In this document: in pieces, positions 14,828-28,081 of the stretch | Numbering within the stretch: the first letter of the stretch is position 1 | Layout: each line of letters begins with the position of its first letter | NCBI RefSeq assembly: GCF_009914755.1 | Contig: NC_060937.1 | DNA from: the human T2T-CHM13v2.0 reference genome, Homo sapiens | Reading direction: 5' to 3' (one strand) | DNA length: 64,000 nt | Position numbers and translations under genes: made by a program | The notes under the pieces: generated by a model | Seen by the model: only the letters and a program-made list of their open reading frames with translations | Database searches by the model: none | What the model was told of the DNA's origin: nothing

Positions 14828-15377
14828 AAGAAAATGCTCCCTAAGATCAAGCTGTAAAGATTGAGCCAGGTCTGGAAGTATAATGCATCATCTTGACCTA
14901 CACCACTGACCAGAACTTCACCATGTGAAAGGCAGGAAGGAAAACAATTACTTATTCTAAGCTAGACTCAACTGTTTGATCAGTCTAACTGGAGGCAGAA
15001 GATTGCCCAACCAGGAATTTATTTGAATGTTGAGATACATGTCATTAAGACACTCACCTATAACCACGCATAAAGTGTGTTTAATACTTATAACAAGCCT
15101 GAAAGTCCCAGAAAGGGAAGGAGGGAAGGGCTCAAGCAGGGCTCTAGTGAGAAGGTCAGTAAAGGGTGGGACTTGTTTGCGGCTTTTGTTTTGGTCTGGG
15201 TGCAGCCAGGGTAGGGATGTCCTGCCCTTGGGCTAGAAGCTGTGCTGCTTGATATCCCCACCTTTCTACAGAGGCAAAAGGTGAGAGGGCCTTCTTAGTC
15301 ACTCTGATGTGCACTCTGGGAAGAAGAATGAGGATTGAAAAACCATCAATTCCCAAACATCAAAAATGGAATTGGAC

Positions 15378-15643
15378 TTTTTTTTTTTTTTTTTTTGATG
15401 GAGTCTCGCTTTGTCGCCAGGTTGGAGTGCAGTGGCGTGATCTCGCCTCACTGCAATCTCCACCTCTCGAGTAGCTGAGATTACAGGCGCGTGCCACCAC
15501 ACCCAGCTCATTTTTGTATTTTTTCAGTAGAGACGTGGTTTCACCATGTTGGCCAGGATGGTCTCGATCTCCTGACCTTGTGATCCGCCCACGTCGGCCT
15601 CCCCAAGTGCTGAGATTACAGGCTTGAGCCACAGCGCCCGGCC
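15378..15643 (-). mobile_element. AluSc with internal ~30-bp deletion
   Basis: Sc diagnostics (tgtcgccagg, gccaggatggtctcgatctc). Right arm jumps from ccacctc to tcgagtagctg. Confidence 0.9.
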
Positions 15644-15653
15644 GGAATTGATC

Positions 15654-15956
15654 TTTTTTTTTTTTTTTTCTTTAGAGATGAAGTCTTGCTCTGTCGCCAG
15701 ACTGGAATGCAATGGCGTGATCTCAACTCACTGAAAACTCTGCCTCCCAGGTTCAAGCGATTCCCCTGCTTCAGCCTCCCAAGTAGCTGGGATTACAGGC
15801 ATGCGCCACCAGGCCCGGCTAATTTTTTGTATTTTAGTAGAGATGGAGTTTCACCAAGCAGGCCAGGATGGTCTCTATCTCCTGACTTCGTGATAATCCG
15901 CCCGCCTTGGCCTCCCAAAGTAGTGGGATTACAGGTGTAAGCCCCTGCGCCCGGCC
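15654..15956 (-). mobile_element. AluSc
   Basis: Full Alu reverse complement with Sc diagnostics (ctgtcgccag, ccaggatggtctc). Confidence 0.9.
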
Positions 15957-16264
15957 AGAATTGGCCTTTTTAATGCACTAGGCTATAACTACCCGAACAG
16001 CAGCCAGTTTAGATAACTTTGATAGACAAAGTAAAAATAAAAAATGTATAGTTTTCTTAAAACAAAGTCACAAGTAAAAAAGAGTGGTCTCTAACTTCCC
16101 TGTTCATCAGTCATGCTTAGCAATATGAAGCTTTTAGAATATCCCATAATGACGTTTGCCTAAGAATTTGCACATGACCTACATATGTTTCTTCAGTTTA
16201 CAATGTACTCTTCAGAATACTTTCAGACCTACCCCCAATCCTAGCCTGGTGTTTGTGTACCTAG

Positions 16265-17100
16265 TGATAAAGCTTATAAGAAATGTGTAAGATTTGTACT
16301 CTAGAAAGATAAAACTCTGTTAAAAGATTTAAAAGAATGCTGAATAAATTTGAAAAATCTACAAATGTTATTGGATAAGATTCAATATTTTAAATATGTA
16401 TTTCTACTTAAATACTAATTCAATGCTAAACCAAAAAAAAAATCTTAAAAGAGCATATTTTTATATGTGGTGAACAAAATTCTATAGACCACTTGCAAAC
16501 TACACCCAGAATTATCCTTAAAAGATAAAGAATAATTGTCCAGAGTCAAGATAAAGTTTTCTTTTTAATGTTACTGGGAATAGACCAAACAATTATAATA
16601 CAGAGATTTCACCAAGATACAGGGAATGGCTATTTTAAAAGCTTTTGTAAATCAGTTCCCATGCTCTAGAAGATATTTAGCAATATGTATTAGCAAGTTA
16701 TAACCCTTTCTCCAGCAAATCTATTTACTTCAGAAATGGTGGAGGGAAAATATTGACACTAAGATATTAATTTCAGTGTTTTCTACCAAAGTGAGTATTT
16801 GGGAACAATTTTGTAGTTCTGTCATTAGGAATTTAAGTAAATGGGTGATATATATAATAGATATCATACAGTCACTAAAAATGAGATTGTTTACTTGTAA
16901 TTATATTTAAATTAAAGGTACTTTTGGAAATATCTTTGAAAGAAAAATGTATAAGAGAGCACTTTATAAGTACAGACTATTGTATACAATTTATTATGCA
17001 TACTACTATATTTTAATCTTAGCATAGAATTAGCTCACATATGTCATTGATTATTTCCCTGTAGTAGGATTTTGCCTGAGTTTTACTTTCTTCTCTTGGC
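16265..17100 (+). mobile_element. Highly degenerate L1ME-like fragments
   Basis: ORF2/3'UTR-like motifs (aagaaatgtgtaagatttgtac; gattcaatattttaaa). Boundaries approximate. Confidence 0.4.
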
Positions 17101-17369
17101 ACCTCTGTGTCACAGAACTATTTATGTAACCATTATGTGCTTTAGTTTTATCATCTGTCAAGTTAGAATACTGATATAATAATAAAATTTAAATCATAGG
17201 ATTAGGACATTACCTTCTATGAATATTAGCTCTTAATGTTATAGCTTTGTAGCAAGTTTTTTACACTGGACACATATCATTTCTAATAATCAAAAAGCTA
17301 TTTTACAGAAGTAAAATATGAAATTGATTTAAAAATCTGAAGAAAAAGAAATTCAGCTTGAATATATAC

Positions 17370-17637
17370 TTTTAAACTTTTACTTTAGGTTAGGGGTACA
17401 TGTGAAGGTTTGTTACATAGGTACACTTGTGTCACAGGAGTTTGTTGTACAGGTTGTTTCGTAACCCAGGTATTAAGCCCAATACCCAATAGTTATCTTT
17501 TCTGCCCCTCTCCCTCCTCCCACCCTCCACCCTCCACCCTCAAGTAAACACCAGTATCTATTGTTTCCTTCTTTGTGTTCATAAGTTCTCATGATTTAGC
17601 TCCCACTTGTTAATAAGAACATGCAGTGTTTGGTTTT
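17370..17637 (-). mobile_element. L1 3' end (L1PREC2/L1PA14-like)
   Basis: ggggtacatgtgaaggtttgttacatagg...cccaatagttatcttttctg...tttagctcccactt. Confidence 0.85.
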
Positions 17638-17749
17638 AATATAATTTATTTTATGAAGCCTTTTCTAATCTCTCTGAGTATTCCTATACCCTGAAATATG
17701 AATGAGTCTCTGTCATCTGAGATGGGATAAGAAAAATTGAACCTAGTAA

Positions 17750-17930
17750 GTGTAGAGAGTCCCTTATAAACCAGTCACTCTGCTAAGCATGCTTGCATTA
17801 TCATATTTAGTCTTCAAAGCAACTCTATCACATAGGTTTTATTATCATTTCACAGATGAGGAATCACATGTGTATTTGGATATCTTTTTGGATTTTGACT
17901 CCGATCTTTTTGACTTTGGAAGCAAGTTTC
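17750..17930 (-). mobile_element. MIR fragment
   Basis: MIR core-like motif ttattatcatttcacagatgaggaa. Confidence 0.5.
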
Positions 17931-18107
17931 CAAGTTTTAGCACCTGTACCTACTGGGCACAGAGTAGGTATTAAATGTTTAATGAATAGCTAAACTGACT
18001 AAATGTATGCATTCCACCATAATATTGAAGGGAGCATGAGCATCTGAATATTTGTATTGTGTTCCCCTAAATTCCACAATGCCTATCTTTTGGTTTCTCT
18101 CTTTCAG

Positions 18108-18316
18108 CAGAACTTGAGTATAATTAATTTATTTGAAAGAATATGCTACTGGTGCATGCAAAGGAAGAAGAGTTCACGAAGAACAATCAGATTGAAAGGG
18201 ATGAACTTTTCAAATTCCACCCTCCACATAACAAAACACATAAAATAGTTTTACTAGTTACAGAATTCAGGCCACTTGGAGAATATACTTGGGGAAGGAA
18301 AGACAAGGATTTCCAG
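18108..18316 (+). other. Candidate alternative exon with NAGNAG acceptor
   Basis: Strong tract cttttggtttctctctttCAGCAG and donor CAG|GTTAGG. Spliced after 5052 it gives PELEYN*, a stop-containing exon. Confidence 0.3.
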
Positions 18317-19932
18317 GTTAGGCTCACCTACAGGTCTGGAGTCATGGGGGAAAGTATGGCCAGGGTGCATTCTTTAGCTGCAAGCTTCCATGTTCTGCGT
18401 AACACTCTTTCAACTCCCCTTGTATGCAGTGAACTTTATCTGTCCTCATCTTTCTATCCTTTTCTCTTCTCTTTGTTTTTTACCTTTTCTATTCCCAAAC
18501 ACAACTTTTTTTAGATCTCTAGATGTAAGATCTTTTCTAAGAATCTAGAAAAAAACTAAAAATATTAGCTTTATCTATTTGTTTCATTAGTTTATGATTT
18601 GTTCTCAAGTCTCCTGTTACTCAGGCTCTAGTTCTGTTATGTGCTACAGCAGGTGTGGCAGGCTAGTATTTAGATGGTATTCAACAGAGTTCATTGTTCT
18701 CAAAATTTTCTGTTTTCTATCCACTATTAAGGAGCCAATAAGCTGTATATTAATTGTCTTAGGAAAGGAGTTCATTTAGGAAATGAAAGAAAGAAAAGGA
18801 GTAGGAAAGATTAGAGGGAAGCAGACAAAAAAAAGGAGAAGAAATAAGACAGGAGGAAAAATAAGAAAGGTGGAAAGAAGAAACAAGAAATGACCCTGGG
18901 ATCTTTAAGGAAATTATAATAGATATTTAGTATCAGAAGAAATGGAAAGGAGATGCAAATGATAAGACTGGTACATTTCATAAGGAGATTTCCTTGTTTT
19001 AGTTCTTGGACAAAATTTTTGTAAAGCAGCAACCCACTTCCTATCCCTGACTTCCACAAAAAGTCATCTTTAGATTGTTCGTCTATGCTTATGAGAGATT
19101 TCAATTCTGTAGCATGACAGAAGCAACACAAGGTTAATCATACCCCATAGATATTTTGGAGAAGCCAGAAGAAAAGAAAAGAGACTGAAAGAAGCCAGGA
19201 GATGCAAATGAAGCAACTTAACATCTTACTTCTGTGAACTGATGACTTGGACTAGCACATCATCACATCCTCACTCCCCTAAACACTGTCTTAACAAAAA
19301 AAGGATCTAAATCTATATTAATTTGACTTCTCTAAAAACTAAAAGATGTTGTATATGCTGCATAGTTGAGAATCATACCCAGTTAACCTTTAAAAATGAT
19401 GTAGTAAGTTTGAGGAACCCAGAAGCAAAGGCTTTGCTAGGCAGAGAAGTGGAAGAGTACAAGAAATTAACACCACCTGTAAGGTTCGAAGTGTTATCTC
19501 CCTTGGCTAGCAGAGTGTTCCTTTATAAAGAAGCTACTCTTTGATTAATAGACTTATTGAATCAGGTGAACTAACATAGTTTTAGTAATTAAAGAATTGC
19601 AAAATGTTCCAAGAAAAAAAAACAGACATTTGTAATTATAACAACTCTAGTAGCATTGCAGGAGTATTTATCAGTTCTTGTAGTCAGTATGTTGACCTCA
19701 GAACCCCTGAATGTTACCCAAATAACTAAATACATGGCTTATTTTAGGAAACTTACTGTACTTTATTCTGATTGCTCTCATTTTGACTAATTTTTAGAGA
19801 TGTCTTCCTGGTGAAGTCACTCAAATGTAGATAGATCTTCTGTTGATAGGGAGGTACTTCCTTAAAAACTATTTTTTGAGCAATGGTATAACTTGTCTTG
19901 GCTAAATAAAATATATTTTTCCTGTTTTAAAG

Positions 19933-19955
19933 AAAGAGATGATTCAAAGCTTTGA
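19933..19955 (+). CDS. Candidate terminal coding exon (QRDDSKL* if spliced from 5052)
   Basis: Acceptor tatttttcctgttttaaAG. Stop TGA at 19953-19955, followed about 150 nt later by clustered AATAAA. Confidence 0.35.
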
Positions 19956-20106
19956 AACTGTTTGACCTTTCTGCTTCAATTCCTGACCTAAATGACAGTT
20001 TGAGGAAAAATATTGTGCTTAATTCATGAAAGGACAACAACAATACTGTTGTTATAAAAAATGATATATATATATATATTTGCTTGAGGCCTTTTAGTTG
20101 TTTAAT

Positions 20107-20185
20107 AATAAAATAAATATAAAATATAAAAATAAATATAAAATAAAATAAAAATAATAAAATAAAAAAGTTGTTTAATAATAAA
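20107..20185 (+). terminator. A-rich tract with multiple AATAAA hexamers (possible poly(A) signal cluster)
   Basis: Repeated aataaa within low-complexity A/T sequence downstream of the 19933 acceptor. May be simple low complexity. Confidence 0.3.
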
Positions 20186-20309
20186 AAAGAGAACATTTTA
20201 AAATATATTAATACCTAATCCAACACAAAATGTAAAATCCTGCAGTTAATGTCAGCAAATGTGCTATATTCCTGTAACTGTGTATCACACATTTTTTGCA
20301 TATTTTCAG

Positions 20310-20366
20310 ATCCCAAGCTGGGATACATTTTATAGTCAGTGGCATCTTCCAGTAGTTTTTGTCTAG
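20310..20366 (+). other. Candidate alternative stop-containing exon
   Basis: Acceptor ttttttgcatattttcAG and donor TAG|GTAACA. 57 bp with stops in all frames (HPKLGYIL* after 5052; IPSWDTFYSQWHLPVVFV* in phase 0). Confidence 0.3.
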
Positions 20367-21159
20367 GTAACAGTTATGAAGTAGATATCGATGATTGCAC
20401 AACTTTCCAAAACTGCAAACATCAAGACACTCAGAATGAATATCAGTGACTTTGAGCAAAATCTCCAAGACAATAGCAGAGCATTAACTGCAGGGAGAAA
20501 AATAGTCTGAGGAGGAAGAGATGGAAGTGGTGATACAGAAATCCATTTAAAAATATTCCTGAAACAAGAATCAAAAGTTGTCCTGCTCTATATAAGTCCT
20601 AATGAGCTTGAGAATGCAGTTCAATGGCTACTAGTTCTTTACAGATTCCATAAATTGTCACATCAATGTTCTTGATGGAACTGTCTTGTGTGGAAAAAAA
20701 TTGACCTCAATGACTCAGAGTAGCAGTGTTTCAGAAGCATTTGACTCTAAATGTAAAATACCTTAGGAAATATCCAACTTATTTTGCTTATATGTTTCTG
20801 TTTTGATGGGTTTTTTGGATAATATCAAATCTGCATTTAAGTAAGTATAACTTATTGAATAACATTATAACATATAATATGATAAATTATAGATGATAGC
20901 ATTGCATCAGGTTTTTTTTCTACTTAGTGCTGTATCAATAATGAACCTTCCTAGAACTGATTGTGTCTTAGATTTGATGAAATATAAATCACATGTCTCT
21001 CTAGAAGACAGATAGACTTAGATTAACATTAGGATGGCTCTGTGTATATTTATACTATTTAAATGCATTTAAGTAGACAATATATTTTAATAAAGTATAC
21101 TTGATAGCCTTCCTTAAATTATTTGGCGATTTTCGATATGTGTTTTAAACATCCTCTGT

Positions 21160-21630
21160 GGATGAATAAATTCAGAGTTCTAATGTACAAGATGAAGACA
21201 GTAGTTAATAATATTGTATTGTATACTGGAAATCTGCTCAGAAAGTAAATTTTCAGTACTCTTTATCACACTCAATAAAAGAAAGGTAACTATGTGAGAT
21301 GAAGGATATGTTAATTTGCTTGACTACAGTAATCAGCTCACTATGCAAGATGGGAAGACCTCGTCTCTACAAAAAAATTTTCAGAAAAATTAGCAGGGTG
21401 TGGTGGTGCATGTCTATAGTCCCAGGTACTCGGGAGGCTGAGGGCGGAGGATCTCGAGCCCCGGAACTCGAGACTTCAGTGAGCTGTGATGGAGCCACCG
21501 TACTCCAACCTGGGTGGCAGAGCAAGACCCTATCTCTGAAAACAAAACAAACAAACAAAAAAATTATCATGTTGTACAATTGAAATACACACACTAAAAC
21601 ATTACTGTACACTAAAAAATAAAAATAAAT
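21160..21630 (+). mobile_element. L1MA 3' end interrupted by a 5'-truncated AluJ-like element (about 21350-21563)
   Basis: L1MA 3'UTR (tctaatgtacaagatgaagacagtagttaataatattgtattgtatact; ggtaactatgtgagatg), an Alu right arm with (CAAA)n tail, then tcatgttgtac. Confidence 0.8.
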
Positions 21631-21805
21631 ACAATTCCTCTTTGGTTTATTACACTACAAACATTATAATAGCAATTAAAAAATTAAACTACACGTATTT
21701 TAAAGTAGACCTGCAACTACCGAGAACTAAGTATATTTTATGGGTTTACCCAGAGCCTGTTTTGCCTAACCACATATTGATTCATTAAGAAAGATTGATT
21801 CCAAA

Positions 21806-22260
21806 ATGAATCCAATTCAAATGTATTGAGCATCTGCTATGCTTGACATTGTGCTAAGGATTAAGAATACACAGATGAATATATAGCACATAGTGCCTGA
21901 TTTAAAACACACATACACACACACACAAATTGGAAATGGAAACAGTGTGTATCTCCCCATATTTCAGTGTGATAGAGTGATTTACCAACTGGTCATGAAT
22001 AAGATGCTGTTCATCATTAGATACAGAAATATAAAATTTGCTTCAAGGAGAGAGAGTTAGTGAGAACTCGAAAGACTCAAAAGGGGATGTTACCATGAAG
22101 TTGGCCTTGAATGATGAGTTGAAATTGACTCCATTCACCAAAATGGTCATGCTTGTAATGAACATGAATATAAGCAAGCATGCATGTTTAAGAAACAATT
22201 CATGTGACTAGCACACAGGATACAAATCAAGGATGCTATACCTGTGGCTAGAAAGTGCTC
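21806..22260 (-). mobile_element. L2 3' fragment
   Basis: ttcaaatgtattgagcatctgctatgcttgacattgtgctaagg matches the reverse complement of the L2 3' end. Confidence 0.55.
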
Positions 22261-23967
22261 GCATTTTAAAAGAACCTGAATTAGGATCTTTAAACATATT
22301 CCTCAGTGTCCTTAATGGAAATTCTTGTTAAATAGAGGCATTTTATAAGAAGCATTATATTTTATGTATATATGTGTGTTTGTACATATGTGTGAATTTA
22401 TTTTTAATACAGTTTTACTTCTTCTCATCAGACGTCTTGTAGTAAAACCATAAAAATATACCACTTTACACTCATTAATTTTGCAAATACTAGAAAGTCT
22501 ATAATACCTCATATTGGGGAGTATGTTCAGCACAAAAACATTTGAGAACTGATATTTGTTAAGTAAATATTCACTTGGGAAAATAATTTGAAATCATATA
22601 GTGAAATTAAAAGTATAGGTTTATTAAACATAAAATGCTATGTTTTTATTTATTGTGGTAAGAACACTTTTTAAATGGTCATGCTTAACTGAAATTCTGA
22701 GGACTCCGTAAGAAGAGAGTGAAACCTAGAGTCTATATATCAAGTTAGAAATTTATTGCAACAGTTCATGTAGGAGATATCTCAGACCAGAAATCAGAGA
22801 ACTGTAATGGATTTGGAAAAGGAGGTATGTTAGGAATTGAAATCAAGAGACGTTTAGAAGATTGGAAGTCAAAGTGGCTGATTGCTTATGTGAGAGACAA
22901 ATACCTACCCTGCTGTAATTTTTGAAAGCCATCCTCCTACCTCTAATATACACGTGTGTATGTGTGTGTGTGTATTTCTATATCTATAGCAATAAGCAAA
23001 AACATATGGGTAACAGGAGGTGATGAATATTTAATTCCCAGTAAAAATAATCTTTTTTTCTTGTTTTTTTAAAAGGAATTCATAGAGTTATTTTTAATGT
23101 AAATCACATGGACAATTGTCACAGGTCTTTACTTCATTTCCTATGTCTCTAAATTACCTTGGAGTACTTTGCTTTATAAAATGAACTTCCATCATAAATA
23201 CACTCTTACATTGCCATGGTTTGTGGTGTGGAGGAGATACTAGGCAAGAATGTAGTAAGTGAAACTAAATTTTAATTATAAACTTATCTGAACAAATACA
23301 GCATATTTTTGTCAACAGGGGCACTATTTCAATTTACATAGAACTCTTCTTTTTCCAGATACAACAATGTAAGACAGCTGTTACTATACTATTTATTTTA
23401 ATTCAAAAGGAAAATAATTCCTCTAGGGGCTAAATCAATGAGCATATGCCCTCAAATGGCCAGTAAATGATAAATCTTAGAGCTATAATTGTTTTAAAAG
23501 CTTCTATAAAGCATTTGTTTCACTAACTCACAATTATAGTAATGTTAACAGTACATTTCTTCCCTGTGGGCCGGAACTACCTTGCATAAGGCTCTGAAAA
23601 GATGTATGAAATCATACCTTGAATTTTGTGGGTCGCTATTTTATGCTACTTAAGGATGCATACATTTGATTTTCCATAATAGTAAAAAAGATCTTAAATT
23701 AGTTCTTGGTCAGTGAGATGTGTCATATTGAGTTATATTCACATGAAGTATTTACTATTTTATTTCATCTTTAGAACACAATTTTTAAAAGTCTGTTTTA
23801 ATAAAACTGTTACTGCAAGATACCTTTCAGTAAACAAAGACTAATTAAAGGACTTTAGTATGTGATATTTGATTTCCAGTGTTTTTATTTCTGAGTCCCC
23901 TGGGGCTTCTCATTTCATTTCCTAAGACAATTTTTTTCATCATATATAAACATTTTGTTTCATGCAG

Positions 23968-24027
23968 CAAAGTGCATTTTTACTACAGCTACTCTTTTCC
24001 CATTGGTAATATTGGTCCGATATTATG
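23968..24027 (+). CDS. Candidate coding exon (PKCIFTTATLFPLVILVRYY)
   Basis: Acceptor cattttgtttcatgcAG and donor ATG|GTATGA. 60 bp, phase 1-1, open in the frame continuing 4979-5052. Confidence 0.42.
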
Positions 24028-24802
24028 GTATGATTGTTTTTGTCCCTCTGAGTAAATAAAAAAGCACTCTCTCTCTCAAGAAAACTCATAAACCTGATGT
24101 CTGTTAAAGTGAGCTCATTCTATAAATCTATCCTAGTCCACTGCAATCTCCTACATTGCTCTTCTAGTTTCTTAACTGTATACCTCAACATAACTGAAAA
24201 TTTGCCATGTGTACTTACTAAGAAAGAGTGCTTTTGAAGAATTTAGTTCAAAAATCTATATTCATCTCATATTGTTGAATAAAACCAATGCCATGAGAAG
24301 TGCCATTTCTATCATTACAAGCATACTTGGAGAGTTCTTAATAAAGTCAAAGTGACTAAAGGAAGTGCTTTGTCCTCTGTGGTTTTGCTATAAGGAAAAT
24401 GACTTAAAGTATTTTCTACTATCCTCTATTTCAGTTACATAATAGTTGAAGATATTTTTAAAGATATAACAATTCGTACCAAGGAAAGCTCACTGTAAAA
24501 TAAATCTACACTTGAGGCCAGCTGTGATTTGTATATTTGTCATGGAAAATGGCCTCAGCCAACCAGTGCAGACCTCTCAACATTGGTGTGCCAAAAAAGA
24601 TTACCTTTTCTTTATCTTGGGTTTATAAATCTGAATTTTCAATTATAATGACAATATTAAAGAAATCAGTGGGTCAGGAGGAACTTGACATCTATAGTTA
24701 TTGTTTAAAAAGGCTCAAGTGGTTATAAGAAAGCATGGAAAATCACTTCTGAGAATTGCAAAACATTCCAGTCCAATGTAAGATGTGTTCCCTCTTTTCT
24801 AG

Positions 24803-24926
24803 AAGTGTTTAAAAGACATTTGCGAGAGGTAGGAGAGATTCTTAGAAATGTCTTATAAAGGTTTGTATCAACATCTATCTTAAACTAGTAACAGGAGAAT
24901 TCCCAGAACAAATAACTTACTCTCAG
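24803..24926 (+). other. Candidate exon with two possible donors (after 24828 or 24926)
   Basis: Acceptor gtgttccctcttttctAG; donors GAG|GTAGGA and CAG|GTAAGA. After 24027 it reads EVFKRHLRE, continuing VGEILRNVL* in the long form. Confidence 0.33.
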
Positions 24927-25109
24927 GTAAGACACTACAGCTCAAATTCCTGCATTTAAAATTGAAATATGAACCTTCAGTAAGATTTATGCTGGATTTT
25001 CTCTTGCTGCAACTGAAGGGGTAGAAATTTTAATGCTATTTACAACATAAATCTGGGAATACAAAATATTGCTCAATCCATCCATTATTGTATAATTGTA
25101 AGGTTGAAT

Positions 25110-25121
25110 GAGAGAGAGAGA

Positions 25122-25153
<32 letters not shown>
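25110..25153. repeat. (GA)n(TG)n microsatellite
   Basis: gagagagagagag...gtgtgtgtgt. Confidence 0.9.
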
Positions 25154-25160
<7 letters not shown>

Positions 25161-25302
25161 AAACCTGGATCTTTACTCTTTAGTGTCCTCTATATTAATC
25201 CTTATTTATTCTACCAAAATTATGTTTATGAATCCATTTTCTGTAAACTATGTCTCTTAAATATATATATACACACAGAGATACATATATATACACACAT
25301 AA

Positions 25303-25460
25303 ATATAGTCCTGATTTATATATTATATATAGTCTTAATATATTATATAATATCCATAGTCCTATTTATATTTTATATATAGTCTTGATATATATAATAT
25401 ATGTAGTCCTGATATATTACATAAATATATAGTCCTGATATATATAAATAATATATATTT
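25303..25460. repeat. Degenerate ~25-bp AT-rich minisatellite, 6 copies
   Basis: Recurring tagtc(c/t)t core (mostly followed by gat) separated by TA-rich spacers. Confidence 0.75.
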
Positions 25461-25880
25461 TAATTTTTAGAACACCAAAACTTGACACAGTTCATTGTGC
25501 ACGTCAGATTATTTAAAATGTTAATCAGAACTAGTAAAGTATATCCAGTTGTATTAGATGCCTAGAAAAATTAAATATTCAATAAAATATCTATGTTGCA
25601 TTCCTTTTCCATATAAAGTTTTCATAAAAAGTTTTGGGAAAGTAAGTAGTTTGTGTGATTATCACATATTAAATGCCTATGATAAGAATATATGATTTAT
25701 AGGGCTCCTAGAGAGTTGGTTTGACAGAATCAACAAAGAAATCACCTCAGAGGAAGCTTTAATCCTTATAAAAAGAATTGAGGTAAATTCCAAGCAAATG
25801 TGAGGTCAGAGCTTCCTGGTGGATTCTGAGTCTTTGTAAGATATCTCCTGGCACAATAAACTACATCACATTTGTGTACT

Positions 25881-28081
25881 TGATATGGTTTGGCTCTGTA
25901 TCTCCACTCAAATCTCATTTCAAATTGTAATCCCCACATGTCAAAGGAGGGAGGTGACAGGATCATGGGGGCAGTTTTCCACATGCTGTTCTCATGACAG
26001 TGAGTAAGTTCTCACAAGATCTGATGGTTTTATAAGTATTTGACAGTTCTTCCTCATTCTTCTTTCCCCTACTGTCTTGTGAAGAAGGGGCCTGCTTCCC
26101 CTTCCACCATGATTTTAAGTTTCTTGAGACCTCCCCAGCCATGTGGAACTGTGAGCCAATCAAATCTCCTTATATATATATATATATATAAATTAACCAT
26201 TCTCAGGGAAGTTTTTTATAGTGGTGTGAAAATGGACTACTACAGTAAATTGGTATCATGGAGAGTGGGGTACTATTACAAAGATAAAATGAAAATGTGG
26301 AAATGACTTTGGAACTGGTAACAGGAAGAGGTTGGAACAGTTTGGGGAGCTCAGAAGACAGGAAGATGTGGGAAAGTTTGGAACTTCTTAGAGACTTGTT
26401 GAATGGTTTTGACAAAAATGCTAATAATGAGGTGGATAATGAAGTCCAGGCTGAGGTGGTCTCAGATGGAGATGAGGAACTTCTTGGGAACTGAACCTAT
26501 GCTTTAGCACTCTTCCTATGCTTTAGCAAAGAGACTGGTGGCATTTTGCTCCTACTCCAGAGATCTGTGGAACTTTGACCTTGAGAAGTATGATCTGCAA
26601 TTGGAACTTATTTTAAAAGGGAAGCAAAGCAAGAAAGTTTGGAAAATTGCAACCTAATGATGTGAGAGAAAAGGAAAACCCATCTTCTGGTGAGAAAGTC
26701 AAGTCAGCTGTAGAAATTTGCTTAAGCAATGCAGAGCCACATGTTAATCACCAAGATAATGGGGAAAATGCCTCTAGGGCATTGTCAGAGATCTTGGTGG
26801 TAGCCTCTCCCACCACAGGCCGGGAGGTCTAGGAGGATAAAATGGTTTTGTGGGCTAGGCCCAGAACTCTACTGCTGTTTGCAGCCTTGGGACTTGGTGT
26901 CCTGCATCCCAGCTCCTCCAGCTCCAGCTGTAGCTAAAAGGGACAAAGGTACATCTCAGGCCATTGCTTCAGTGGGTGCAAGCCCCAAGCCCTGGTAGCT
27001 TCCACATGGTGTTGGGCCTGAAGGTGCACAGAAGTCAAGAATTGAGGTTTGGGAACTCCACCTAGATTTCAGAGGTTGTATGGAAATGCCTGGATGTCTA
27101 GATAGAAATCTTCTGCAGAGTCAGGGCCCTCACGGAGAACTTCTGCTAGGGCAGTGTGGAAAGGGAATGTGGGGTTAGGGTCCCTCACAGAGTCCCAATT
27201 GGTACACTCTCTAGTGGAGCTGTGAGAAGAGGGCCACAGTCCTCCAGACCCCAGAATGGTAGATACACCAACAGCTTTCACTGTGCATCTAGAAAAGCTG
27301 CAGGCACTCAATGTCAGTCCATGAAGGAGGGCCCAAGGCTGTGGGAGCCCACCCCTTGCATCAGCACATTCCGGATGTGAGACTTGGAATCAAAGGAGAT
27401 TATTTTGGAGCCTCAAGATTTAATTACTGCCCTGCTAGATTTTGGACTTGCATGCGGCCTATAGCCCCTTTGTTTTGGCCAATTTCTTCCATTTGGAATG
27501 GGAGCATTTACCAAATACCTGTATCCCCATTGTATCTAGGGAGTAACCAACTTGCTTTTGACTTTACAAGGTCATAGGTAGAAGGAACTTGCCTTGTCTC
27601 AGATGAGACTATGGGTATGGACATTTGAGTTAATGCTGAAATGAGTTAAGAATCTGGGGGACTGTTAGGAAGGCATGATTGGTTTTAAAATGTGAAAAGA
27701 TATAAGATTTGGGAGGGGCCAGGGGCAGAATGATATGGTTTGGCTCTGTGTCCCCACCCAAATCTAATCTCTCATTGTAATTCACATGTGTCAAGCAGGG
27801 AGGTGATTGGATCATGGGTGCAGTTTCCCCATGCTGATCTCATGAAGTGAGTGAGTTTTCACAAGATTTGATGGTTGCATAAGTGTTTAGATGTTTCTCC
27901 TTCATTTTTCTCTCTCCTGCCACCTTGTGAAGAAGGTGCCTGTTTCCCCTTACTCCATGATGGTAAGTTTCCTGAGGTCTCCCCAGCCATGTGGAACTAG
28001 AAGTCAATTAAACCTCTTTTCTTTATAAATTACCCAGTCTCAGAGAAGTTCTCTATGGCAATATGAAAATGGACTAATACA
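25881..28081 (+). mobile_element. Complete THE1 (THE1C/D-like) MaLR element: 5'LTR 25881-26244, internal 26245-27730, 3'LTR 27731-28081
   Basis: Both LTRs begin tgatatggtttggctctgt and end ggacta(c/a)taca. THE1-int sequence and polypurine tract gggaggggccaggggcagaa present. 5-bp TSD gtact at 25876-25880 and 28082-28086. Confidence 0.95.

Larger units (their letters stand above)
15005..15975. mobile_element. Old ERVL-class LTR (MER54/MER74-like) interrupted near its end by two Alus
   Basis: caggaatttatttg... start and aaacatcaaaaatgga...cttttta end resemble the MER54/74 family as remembered. Confidence 0.45.

Noticed and set aside
18143-18514. 123-aa ORF as a standalone gene
   Set aside because: No recognisable domain and it runs into a low-complexity pyrimidine tract; only the splice-bounded part is kept as a weak exon candidate.
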